From: Basidiobolus meristosporus CBS 931.73
Taxonomy: Eukaryota > Fungi > Basidiobolomycota
DNA: 64,000 nt
Reading direction: 5' to 3'
Assembly: GCA_002104905.1 (NCBI GenBank)
Contig: MCFE01000505.1
Coordinates: forward strand, 1-64,000
Program-made: the position numbers and the translations under genes
Part shown: positions 50,502 through 61,946 of the stretch, one piece after another
Layout: the number at the start of each line of letters is the position of its first letter
Position numbering within the stretch: the stretch's first letter is position 1
Notes under the pieces: generated by a model
Told to the model about the DNA's origin: nothing
The model's database searches: none
What the model saw: only the letters and a program-made list of their open reading frames with translations

Positions 50502-52640
50502 TTACGATGCTGAAGCCACGCGAACAGCATCCTCTAGGTCGTAATGGAAGAACGGGTATCTTTGATGGGACCATTCATCGTCGGCCTTATGGGCAATCTC
50601 GGTGCCGGCCTTGGCCACGTACTTCTCATCAACCTCATCCGCCAATGCCAGCTCGATATCCCCGGCGCCTTTGTTCGGCAGCTCGGTGGCCGAGTTTGTG
50701 GCGTGCGCAACGGGGGATTCGGAGGGAGCGTGGAGATGCTGCCCTCCGAAACCAGATGCCATGAGTTTGCGACGGATTGTTGGGGCATTTACATTGGCGA
50801 AGTGCCACTCAACCTTCCTGTCCGAGTAGCGGTCGATGGTTGTGCGTGCATCGAGTAATGCCTGGACACCGGTGGTATCCACCTGATTTACCGAGGCAAA
50901 ATCCAACACCAAAGCACGACAAATGGGAAGATTCTCAGTGGCCTGCGACGTGGAACCACTGACATCATTCCAGGGCCTATCACCGAATGACTTGGGGAGT
51001 GGCTTCCCGCGCTTGCTATTGTCCTTGACAAACTCGACAATGCGATCGGAAACATAGCTTGCATTGGGATAGGTGACCGACTCTTCGAAGCGGAAGATCA
51101 AGACTCCCTCAGGAGGCGACACCACCGTCCCAATGAGATTAGGCTCATCCAGGGGGACATACGCATAGCGCTTGGCTGGCTTGCCCTCGAGATCCTTGGA
51201 GACAACCGAGAGTCTGCCCAGTGTGTTGTAGCGGGGACGGGCGATGCGGAAGAGGAGAACCACCAATGAGATGCCGACTGTGGCGTAGATGCCATCCTCG
51301 ATGGTGGTGAAGAAGGTGACTATCACACCCACGGCGAAAATGAACAATTCAACCCAGCTGACTCGCCACAGCTCCTTGATGGTTTTGGGGCCAGCAATCA
51401 AGTCACCGACGGCATGAATGATGACCGCAGCGAGCGTCGCATCGGGGATATAGTAGAAGGCAGGGGTCAATGCATACAGGGCCAGGAGGACGATGATTCC
51501 CGCGAACACGCCGGCAAGCGGAGTTCTAACCCCGGATTTGGCCTTGATGGCTGTACGAGAGAATGATCCGGTGGCAGGATAGGCAGAGAAGAAGGACGCA
51601 ATGATGTTTGTAAAGCCGATGGCAATCACCTCCTGGTTAGGGTCGATCTTGTAGTCGTTGACTCTTCCAAAGGATTTGGCAATGGCAACGTGCTCCATAA
51701 TCAGCACAAGGGTTACCACGGGCAAAGAAGGGGCCACCAGGCCGACCAACTCGCTGTCCATGACCGGCGCATGGACTTCGCGGAAGCCTGAGGGGACACT
51801 CTTGAGGATGCTGATGGGGCTTGCGGACTTGCCGATATTGATCAGGAAGGAGATCAGCGTGGCGAAGATGATGAGAATGGCGTTGCGAGAGATTCCAAAG
51901 AAGAAAAGAGGCCGCTCGAATCTTGGATATTTCCTGGAGAAATAGCCAACACCCCAGCGGATCCCATAAAGCCAGAGCAACCCGGTCAGCCCAAAGGCCG
52001 CGTCCAGTTGGGTACGTGGGAGGCCTTTCAAGCTGTTCCCAAGCACCGTGTAGTAGGGATCTCTGGTGTTGACCCCACCAATCCCCATCAGCTTGGTGAG
52101 CTGCCCGATGATGATGGTGATGGCAGAGCCGGTCATGTAGCCAGCGATGGCCGGGTGCGGAATGAAATCCACAATAAAGCCCAGCCTAAGCAACCCAAGT
52201 ACAAAAGATACACAGCCAGACAGTAGGCACAAAGAAACGGCAATTTGCACCGGTGTGTAGGTGGTATCCTTGTCTAGGACGCTGGCGATGATTTGGGCAA
52301 GAAGCTGAGACATCACAGCAACTGGACCGATGGTAATATCCTTGGATGTGGCGAAGAAGCAATACAGGATCACCCCGACGAAAGAGGAGTATAGCCCGTA
52401 TTGTGGGGGGAGGGTAGCCAGCTTGGCGTAGGCCATGCCCTGAGGAACCACAACCGCACCTACAGTGATACCTGCGATCAGGTCGCCAACCAACCAAGTG
52501 GTGTTGTAATGGCCAATCCACTTGAAGATTGGAAGCAGAGACTTGACATATTCCGCAGCGTGTTTAGGCGCATCGCTTGAATATTGCTTGATCTGATCTC
52601 TGTAGGAAATCTGGGGGTCGTCTATGTATACAGAGGACAT
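50502..52640 (-). CDS. SLC26/SulP sulfate permease with STAS domain; intronless
   Basis: GDLIAGITVGAVVVPQGMAYA, FFATSKDITIGPVA, YPATGSFSRTAIKAKSGVRTP and LDFASVNQVDTTG. Likely ATG at 52640. Confidence 0.95.
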   Translation of the reverse strand: MSSVYIDDPQISYRDQIKQYSSDAPKHAAEYVKSLLPIFKWIGHYNTTWLVGDLIAGITVGAVVVPQGMAYAKLATLPPQYGLYSSFVGVILYCFFATSKDITIGPVAVMSQLLAQIIASVLDKDTTYTPVQIAVSLCLLSGCVSFVLGLLRLGFIVDFIPHPAIAGYMTGSAITIIIGQLTKLMGIGGVNTRDPYYTVLGNSLKGLPRTQLDAAFGLTGLLWLYGIRWGVGYFSRKYPRFERPLFFFGISRNAILIIFATLISFLINIGKSASPISILKSVPSGFREVHAPVMDSELVGLVAPSLPVVTLVLIMEHVAIAKSFGRVNDYKIDPNQEVIAIGFTNIIASFFSAYPATGSFSRTAIKAKSGVRTPLAGVFAGIIVLLALYALTPAFYYIPDATLAAVIIHAVGDLIAGPKTIKELWRVSWVELFIFAVGVIVTFFTTIEDGIYATVGISLVVLLFRIARPRYNTLGRLSVVSKDLEGKPAKRYAYVPLDEPNLIGTVVSPPEGVLIFRFEESVTYPNASYVSDRIVEFVKDNSKRGKPLPKSFGDRPWNDVSGSTSQATENLPICRALVLDFASVNQVDTTGVQALLDARTTIDRYSDRKVEWHFANVNAPTIRRKLMASGFGGQHLHAPSESPVAHATNSATELPNKGAGDIELALADEVDEKYVAKAGTEIAHKADDEWSHQRYPFFHYDLEDAVRVASAS

Positions 52641-53473
52641 GGCAGGAGAAAAGTTGAGCTCAGCATCGTGGTCGAGTGAGATTATATAGGTTGGGCTCAA
52701 GAAACAGATATGCATAGGTACATATCCATCATTCATTACACAATCGAATTGCACCATTTTCGTTAGGAATTGCTCTCACCCTGCCTAATCATTCACCGTT
52801 GCCGGTCTCACCAGCTCAGGGTCAGCACTCCGATAATATTCTCTGGAAATTCCAAATCCGGCTGATTATGGAATACAAACATTGACACAATGGCTTTTCT
52901 ATCAATCTTATTGTAACCCACAATATCTCCACCCTTATTGCGACGAAGCACGGAAAATGCCACCGTATTCGCGTGATTACACATCTATTGCGTTTAGAAT
53001 GTGGGTCTAACTACTTATGGAAGAATGGGCCGCTGCTCTTGGGACAAAAGGGTTGCAAATCTCGTTATGAACAAGAGCCATCAGCAGAAACGGTGATTAG
53101 ATGCGTCCCAAAATACCCCAGCGTTCACATGAGGGATATTGCCTTGAAATGCGTAATAATGTGTGATGTGGAATGATGGAATGATGGAATGGAGCCTGTT
53201 GGTTGTGAAAACCCGCAATGCTTATTATCAATGCCAATCAGTGTGTCAGATGGACTAATTACCCTGAATGATGAATGGGGGTGGATTATCAAATAAGCAG
53301 CCTCGAGATGACTCGATCATTCAATTTTTGCCATTTTTCCAGTTTAATCAACTTGACGAAACGTTGGCCTGAATATTGCTTCAACTAATCAGATTGCCTA
53401 GGCTTTGTTGTGTAAAAAAAATCATTTAATTAGATATCAATACTATGCGAGTCCATGGTTGTCTTGGATTGTC

Positions 53474-54059
53474 ATGTCTTTTGATATTGTAAAGCGTAGG
53501 TAGCCGTTTTTTAGGTCGTTTTCAGCAACCCAGTAGCCTCAACTTTCCGTTTTGTAGAGCAAGCTGAGCGTGAACAGCTCGCAGAGGATATTCTGACCGA
53601 CAGACAATTGGTAGGTTCTCTTCCTGTTTCCGGCCGCTCCTTTGTTGACCCACCGCCGAGGGCTAACCAGCGCAATATCCACATTTCAGATCATCGACTA
53701 TGATCGCCGGAGAAATACAAACAGAGAAGCGCTAAACAACCTGAAGAAAGCCCCCGCACCCAAGAAGGTTTGGATGAACTTGGGTGACATGTTTGTGAAG
53801 TTTGAAACGGAGAAAGTGAAGGACTTGATTCGTCAAGGTAATCATAAGGCCATCCTCTATATAAATTTCTCCAGTATTGAACCTTAATCTACCAGATCAA
53901 GATAAACTTGACTCGGAGATTAACGAAATTCGAGACGGCTTGAAAGTGAAGGCTCGTCAACTAGATGTTCTAGAGGGCGGCGATGGAACCAAGACAGCTG
54001 GTTTCGACTTGAAGAGTGTCAGCGGCGAAGAGTTGTATGGGATTACGAAAGCCAAGTAA
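53474..54059 (+). CDS. PDRG1: PDRG1-like beta-prefoldin (prefoldin-like/PAQosome subunit)
   Basis: Spliced EQLAEDILTDRQLIIDYDRRRNTNREAL..KVWMNLGDMFVK..DQDKLDSEINEIRDGLKVK; three GT-AG introns. Confidence 0.75.
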
Positions 54060-54293
54060 ACTTCGCCTTTCAGATCCATACACTCGATTTATAACTTTTA
54101 ATGTACCATAGAATAAATCTCTAGAAAGGCTATCAACCCTTTATTTTACACCTCATTTTGATATATTTCTATTCAACTCAGTAGACTGTACAATTCACTC
54201 TGCAGAACAATCTCCAACGAAATATGCACCTGCTGGAATGTTGATAAAAACCACACCATTGTCTGTAACTGAGTCGAGTGCAGATCTTTGCAT

Positions 54294-57200
54294 CTATACT
54301 TTACGCTTCTTTTGTAGAGCCGAATGCTTAATCCAAAATTGATTTTGATCGGAATCCTCATCTTTGGTAAGGAATTCAACGATATAATCTGTCTCTAAGC
54401 AAGGAACTCTTGCCTCAAGCATAGCGTGAACAAAATAGTTAGGAAGCGTTCGAACCTTGCTTGGTTCAACAAAAACGTGGGTTAGGTGATCTGTCTTGAT
54501 ATTGCGAAACGGTGCCCGTGCTACATTCACCTCTGCATTACCTGCTTGCAAGAGACGAACAAACCCCTCCCGTTTTTTATTCTCCACCACCAGTAGGACA
54601 TTCCACCCGGTGAAGCTTCCCTTGACGTCCGCATTGATCGCCTGTAGTTCCTGTAGTTTGAGACGCCAGCGTTGAGCAGCTCCAACAAGAAGTTTATCTT
54701 CAGGTTTGATGTCACTCTCTGGAGTCCATTCATGCTCCTCTTCCGAAACGAAACCCTCGGATAACACGCTTGCGTCCACAAAGGAGGGTTTGAGGACCCA
54801 AACCCCAGATGCGCATGCTGCCAGGAATTTCTCGCTTCTTGATGGATAACCCACGATTAAGTGAGTGCACTCTGATGTCCATTGATCGGTGTTGATTGTC
54901 ATCCCGCCCAACCGGCGGATAGTTTTCATCAGCCGGTTTTTGGACTCGCCACCCATAGAGGAGAGAAGAAACTTGGGTAAAACACGATTTTTGGGTAGCG
55001 TGCTCTTGGCAGATGTCTGGGAGATAATCCTATTCGAACGTCTTGACGGAGTAGGGTCTGGCTCATCTTGGTTCATCTCGTTCATGATAGATGTGGGGAG
55101 TCGCTGTAAATCCAGAGCTTTCGGAAGTGGGGAAATCTCCTTGTTGGATGATGTTTTCTGTTCAGTTGGTGCTGAAATGTCCGACATAGTTCGTTCTGAT
55201 TTGAAGGACGGTAGTGCTGTGAGTTTGACGGGTGGATTTGGTTCCGAAAGGCTATCTTCTGACTCGGTAAGAGTGTTATTCTGGCGCTGTAATGAGGATC
55301 CATCACTAGTGTCGTTTTCGCTTTCTGATCCATCATTCGGTGAGATGCGCAGTCTTTTGTTCATCAGTAATCGATCAAGTAGTTTTCGCTTTTCTCTCCT
55401 TCCTTCTGGATCATCATACATTGCTGCTGCAGGTTCTTGCGTGGAGTTGATTTCTATATCGTCAGAGGGGTCTGGAGTGTGAGTGTCTTCCTTCAGGTTG
55501 TCTGTACTAGTATCAAATAAAGAGGCGGTTTTTCCACTGATGCCACTTATGTCAGAAAACGAGGTATCTTGTTTGTAGCCACTTTGATCAGCAGCCTGTT
55601 CCGTGCTTGTCCGCACCATCCCAAAACTAGACCGTGGCCTTCTTCGCTTTCGATCGCTGGATGCTCTTCCAATCAATTCCTCAACCGCAGCAGCATAATT
55701 GACTTTAGGTGGTTCCGGTGTTTGCTTTTTTGTGGTTGATACGATGCCTTTAGTATCGGGTTTTTGATCAAACTTATCTACGGTTGGCGTCTCAGGCTTC
55801 AAAAACTCATCGTCCGAATTTGATTTCGAGCCAAGCACTGGGGGATCCACTGAAGCAATTGAAACATGCTTACGGAATCCTGCTTGTGTTGCGAGTACAA
55901 AATCTTGGTCGGAGCCTTGCGAGTTCTTATGATATGAATGCTCTAGGGTACTTGTAACCAGGTGGCTTTTGTTGGGAACATAGGTATGTGGATAGTCCCT
56001 CTCTTCAACTCTTGCTCTAAATTCCTTACACTATTGGGCTCGATGGTTTAGGAAACAAATGAAACCGTGATCAGGAACGAGGAGTTCACTTACTTTTTGA
56101 AGCCATACGGGGGAAACAATTATTTTTCCTTTTTGCTTGGCCATTTTGAAATCCTTGAAATTCTCGGTAACCTTATTACTCTGTATTTGCGAGTTAAGAA
56201 ACTGTATGATAAATCAAAATTGATGCATCTTGTAGCTAAATGTAAAGGATATGATGAACCAAGTGGGTGCAGGACTCGTCAAAAATCCATGCTGATTGTG
56301 CACCCATCTCCCTCGCCAAGTCGCAGAGCTCATTCCGACGATGCTAAAGAGCAAATACACACTTAATCAAGTTATTCTACGCTAGGATACAGTATATTGG
56401 AACATTACCGCCAATCGTTGACTCACGTAGATAGTCACGCCTTGTAGTAAACTTGAGATGTCACTCGGCTCAAAATGCTATACACATCTTGCGTATGAGC
56501 ATAAAAACAAAAATAGCTGATAAATGATGAGAAGCGGCTTACACTTTGGTTTGCTTCACCAAAAAAAGCTGTCGAGTCCATATTACTTGCATCTGGGGTA
56601 TTGGTGAACAGTGCTTGGCCTGAACCATGCAAACCATCGGGTGTCTCCAATTTTTCTAACGCTGATGTCAGTTTCCGTGCTAGAGCGGGGTCTAATGGGG
56701 AGCCCAAACTATTCGCACCTATGGGGCTTCGTCAAGATAATTATACTTGTGATATATGGAGACAATGTGATTACCTGTATCGATGGAGGCGGTATTTCGC
56801 TGAATACGTTGAAAAAATGGAGTGACTGCCGTTTTCGATACGGTGTTTGGCGCCGTTGCTATTTCATATAAGGATGTCTTAAATATGCTTAGGCCTACCC
56901 AAAAATATAAACCGCAGCTTTACCTGGTGACAACAAGGCGTTGAGCGCATCAGTGGTGTCAAAGTTGAGATTAGTCGATGTGAGACCTGGGGTCATAGCG
57001 GATGCAGATCCAACTGAATTGGCACCAGTAGTAGTTGCATGTGATGTTTCTGGTGTTTTCAGTGAGGATAAGATTCCAGTAGTATCAAACTGTGGTCGAA
57101 AGTCTTTCTTTCCGAGGAAGGTATTGTGATGTGGGGTGTCAGCACTAGCTATAGATATTAGAACAAGGTTAACGTGACAATGTTATAAAATTAGATCCCA

Positions 57201-60200
57201 AGCCAACGTAAAATACCATTTGATCCACATCTTCTAGTTGTGGGTGTATCGGTGGTTCCTGTATTGAACTATTGGAATACCGTTTGCATTGAAAGATTAT
57301 GCGAAGACTTACCATTCATGGCTGGAGGGAAGGGATTATTGTCGTGAGACTTACTACCAACTACTGATGCTACAGGATTAGATAATGCAACACAATCTAT
57401 CATATACATGTAATTATATATGAACGATTCTTACGTGCAGTCGCAATGTAGTCGTTGCCATTAGTGGGGCCACGCTTCCTATTGGCACCTAACGAAAACA
57501 AGGTACCACGCACTATTAGCCAGCATAGTGATAGAGCTTATGTAAAAATAGTCAAACCTAGATGATTTCCGTTGAGCGTGGATGTGTCTCCGATGCTCTG
57601 AGCCATTCTGCTATCACCTTCAGATTATTACTTAATTATCTACTGCTGCTACTCCGGAAAAGCACGACTGCCTTACCTATCTTGGACCCAGCTGATTCCT
57701 GAACGTCAGAATGGATACCCTAAACAGATGATTAGTTTAGTAAGTCAGAATCAAATGTAACAGCTGCTATGGGATTTTTCACAACATTTCTAGCTATATC
57801 GAAAATCCAATTGGCGTCTACAACAGGTATTCCCCATTCAATAGCACGTCTATACTTCTCTCCAGATTTTTGTTTGCATATGAGATGAGTGTATTTCTTG
57901 CTAAAGCGCTCACTAAACTTAGCGCCAAGCGTAATACAAAGGCGACCAATATGTTCTCTCTCCAATTCGGTGTAACCAGTTATACCAATGTAATAATTTC
58001 GAAACTCTGTTCTCCGGGAAATCAAGAACGGGTCAGTATCATATATCACGAATACGAGGTACACATATCTCTCCGACCTTTGATTGGAAACTGAATTTCT
58101 ATAGGGGAATATATTACTTTCTCCTCTAATGGTATCAGACGTTGCTCCTAGAGGATGTCCGGTATTAATTCAAAGCCTATAGTGGATTCTGCCAAGTAAG
58201 CCTACATCTATACAACTTTCAAGCCAACACTCGGTAGCTGATTGAAACGGAATATCCGATGTGGATGACTGTTGACTGCGTAGATAAAAATACAATTACT
58301 CTCATTAGCAAATTTGCAGAAGTCAAACTGATACTCTCAGAGGCGAATATTTTACCTTTTGAGGGGAACGATGCGGAAATACTTTTCAGTCGCTGCTGAG
58401 AGTGTGTGAGGAAATTCTGGGTGGAAAGAGCCACCGTTGTCGAGCACTACCTGCTCCACAATTTGTTTCTGTACCAAAATGAGGTTTTCGTTTTAGTAAT
58501 ATGCATTTACTCGAGCTTCTCTTGCAAAATAAATACCTGGTCAGCAGGAAAGTTCTCGCAGAAGAAGAAATATGTCGAAAAAATCCCGGATTTAGTTGGT
58601 TGCTTTGGTAAGCCTGATGTGTTTGCTCTTTTCGAATACAATGTTCCCGGGTCAAATGAAGGTTCTTGGGAATTTCCATGTGGTGTCAAACTTCTGGTGC
58701 GTTTTTCGTATGAAGGTAATTTCTCAAGCGCCTTTGCCTCCGCTGCAGACATTGTGCTTTTACTTCTTTGTAAAAGGTGTGGATTAGCGGTACCGTTTGT
58801 GTTAGGATGAGAATCCTGGTTCATATCTTCAGCTAGATCTTCCCAAAAGCTTTTGCTCTTAGCCATGGATTTATCTGCAGCCATTGTGTTCTTACGAAGC
58901 GTAGCTTTCGTACTTCCTTGAGATAATCCGAGTGATTTATCTTTGTTTTCCCTCCCGAGGTATTCAACAGAATACTGTTCTGTAGGGTGTAGTGTGCAGT
59001 CTCTATAACAATCCTGCAGCCACTTGCTATGTACAATTGTTGGCTTGTTGGTAGCCTGTCGTAATATATCCTTGTCCCTGGAGGTTAAAATTCAACGCAT
59101 ATATATATTATTATACAATAATAATGTGAAGATTCCTTAGTGTAGTCTTACTTCTCGGTCAGTGTGTTGGTGCAAGTTACGAAGTGCGTAACACATTCGC
59201 TGAAATCGGAGTGCCGTGACCCGCCGCCGTCCACTATGATTTTTTTCATGAGCATCATTTTCTCTGGCCCATAGCCATCCCCAAGATAAATATTGCATCC
59301 GTCGAGATACATCGTTGAATCTTTGGTTTCCCGAAGTAGTCGTTGACGATCCTGTGATAACGTTCCGGCTTTGCGCATATTCGAGGCTGCAAAAATTAAA
59401 TGTGAGCTGGCCATAACGATACTGGATGAGCAGGTCCTTTGCTTACCTGTTGACACAGAATCCGGGTTTGCTAAAGCTGGGTACAGGTGCTCACTAACAC
59501 AAACTACATATCCAAATCTTAGCAATCAGCATACATCCCACAGAATCCGCGCATATAATCAACAACAAAATCCACCTTTTCTATTTGCACACTCGTAGAG
59601 CCAGTCAAGGCTGACTATATGCAAATTTCTTTTAACAGCTGCTTGGTATTTCCTTCCCTCTGGAACGTTTGCATGAGTTAAAGAAGTTCTTTCCTTTACG
59701 AAAACGAAAAGCGTAACCATTAAGCAAAAGGATATTTTTACAATCAGATGTGTGCAGGGCATTGTTAGAGCAGGGGAGTACTCGCCACCATTTTCTACAG
59801 TCAGTTTCTCTACAGCTTCTCTCTCCTCTACCAACAACAAAGTGTATTATTATTATTATGAACGCAAACACTTGTAGGTGTAATATCATACCTCCGGATA
59901 GGCCTGTCACACATATGCAGCAGCCGGTCAAAGGTAAAAGTGTATGCAGTTTAGAAATCTGTCAAGTCAATAAGCAAAATAAGTAAAGATTCTAACGCAT
60001 CTCACGGAATAAATCGTACCGTATTCGGCTCAAAGTTTTCGTTGTTTTTGAAATATTCATAGCACTGCTCTGCCCAGAGTGGGGTTAAAATTGGAACCTT
60101 GCATCGAAGTGCTGCCTGAACATTGGAATTTTGATACTTAGTTATTCGTAATATTGATTTGTCGAGCCTCAATGAGCTCCCTTGCCTTGTACTTTTCTGA

Positions 60201-60448
60201 GCCAACTTTGTCTGCGATTAGATGCGTCACGTTATTAGTGAAGTCTGGCTGTATGCGTCCGCCAAGTTCTTCGACTTGGGAATACAACGCTTGCTACAGA
60301 GAGAGGACAATTCATTAGGGATCTACAAGTGGTAATCCAATCGATTTAAATTTTCTACTACTTTAGTCGCCACTGACAAGCCAGTACAGCAAATGATATA
60401 GTCTTCAAATGGCTTTCGTTGTAGAAAAGAGTTGTCGTCGTAAAGCAT
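54294..60448 (-). CDS. TOPBP1: TOPBP1/Rad4(Cut5)/Dpb11 multi-BRCT checkpoint and replication scaffold, long animal-like form
   Basis: ATG at 60448; BRCT1 FEDYIICCTGL..VTHLIA..EKYK; several internal BRCTs; a BRCT6-like unit ending YPHTYVP; and a C-terminal pair (SEKFLAACASGVWVL; FTGWNVLL). Confidence 0.92.
56183..56252 (-). other. U12-type (minor spliceosome) AT-AC intron, 70 nt
   Basis: 5' ATATCCTTT, branch TTTCTTAAC close to the 3' AC. Removal gives CTHLVHQSNKV...IVSPVWL in frame. Confidence 0.92.
59667..59735 (-). other. U12-type AT-AC intron, 69 nt
   Basis: 5' ATATCCTTT, branch TTCTTTAAC, 3' AC. Removal gives CTHLIVK|VPEGRKYQAA, a canonical BRCT spacing. Confidence 0.92.
60116..60185 (-). 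other. GC-AG intron in TOPBP1
   Basis: Donor AAG|GCAAGG and acceptor TTCAG. Splicing is required to avoid an in-frame stop and gives SEKYK|AALRCKVPILTPLW. Confidence 0.75.
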
Positions 60449-61328
60449 CGTATTACTATTAACATTGGGCCGTAGGCGAGACATGGCATATAATTAGCTG
60501 TATAATATTTGCCGTCGATTCCAATACCTAATTCTGGTTTAAGGGCCGTCACGCGAAAGTAATGAAGGAACAAGAGTCTTCCGCCAGCTCGAAGTCGACG
60601 CCAATAAAAATCAAAAGACTGTATATTTGGTGGCAAAACACAGGAATTATTGTAAATAAACAGTGCTTCCATGAATGTGTGTGATGATTAATATATACAT
60701 AATACACAGCTAGTTAATCACGGTTATCAAGACGCAGTAGCCGTAACAGTAACAGCAACAAAATCCCGATTTTGATGCTACCAGTGAATTTTCATGACTG
60801 CCCCATATTAAAACTTGAGCCTTGATCGTATTCTAGCATCTACAAGTGGAAGAAGTACAATAGCATTTCCTACATCTAGAATTGTTTAGGCCACTGTCCT
60901 AGTCGCGAGTTTTAGCTTCATTATTTAGTTTGATATCCAGATTATGTGATAAATCTCATATTTACATTCACTTTGTCTATGAACTCAAATAGTTCAAATT
61001 CTTTGTTGGTGTTTATCTCATATATATCCATTAGTGTCTAAAAACCCCAAGCTTGATATACATATCTTTAAGACATCCCTAAGCATAAGCTAGATTATTA
61101 AGTGAGTGACTTGTACTACCCCCCAACACTCTATTAACTTAGTCACTTTGACTATAGCTTAGAGGTTCAAATCCTTGCCAGTGATTATTTAGGTTATTAA
61201 GTTAGACTATATTGCTGCCATCAAGTGGATCCACAGATACATGAAAGGAACTGCTGATATCAGCTTGAAGCACATATACATTGATTTCAATCATGGTCTT
61301 TTGTGATCCTCTGATGAAGAGTGGAGAC

Positions 61329-61524
61329 TTGTAAAATTGGAAATTCCACCTAAATATTCACCTAACTTAGTCATGTAGATTGTTGCCTACAAATTTTAGT
61401 GACAACTGACCAAATTTCTTGTTGAGATTTACTTGGAATATTTTCACCAAAACATCTGTTACCCAGAACATGAAAACTTGATAAATTGCCCAAACAGCCC
61501 CAAACCTTGCACACATGTACTTGG
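61329..61524 (+). mobile_element. Older, divergent, truncated LTR (second subfamily)
   Basis: Similar to the LTR 5' half but with variant blocks (AAAACATC, TTGATAA) and cut off by the next LTR. Confidence 0.8.
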
Positions 61525-61946
61525 TGTTGTAAAAATTTGTAATTCCACCTAAATATTCACCTACTTAGTCACTTCGATCATCACCTTCAAATCCTAGAGA
61601 ATACTGACCAAATTCCTTGTTGGGATTTACTTAAAATATTTACCCAGAACATGAAAATTCTCAAAGTTGTCCAAACAGCCCCAAACTTTGCACACATGTT
61701 CTTGGGACATTCCTTAACCTATTCTATGTGTTTGTAATGCCAAGACCAGGTAAAAGTATAAATACTACTTTTACATTCAATAAATCATTAAGTGAAAACC
61801 ACATAATCTACTTGTTCTCCCAATAACTTCCAATATCTCCAAGACTCTTACAACAGGTTATGGGCCCCAAGCTGTCACTCTCTGCAATGTCTACTACTGC
61901 TACTACTGGAATTTTTCCCTCTGCTGAAAAGTTGGACGGATCTAAC
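61525..61946 (+). mobile_element. LTR (61525-61855) + PBS (GGTTATGGGCCC) + first ~60 nt of gag, interrupted by the next LTR
   Basis: TGTTGT...ACAACA with an internal deletion of about 17 bp. 61856-61946 duplicates 62297-62387. Confidence 0.9.

Noticed and set aside
21661-60448. Possible functional cluster (WAPL, CSM1, TOPBP1, BRAP; or the mitochondrial genes LETM1-like, HIBCH, MGR2)
   Set aside because: They are interspersed with unrelated housekeeping genes, and no shared regulatory signal is visible; chance is sufficient.
61140-61190. GGTTCAAATCC B-box/T-loop-like motif near the LTR cluster
   Set aside because: No acceptor stem, D arm or anticodon arm could be built; at most a relic.
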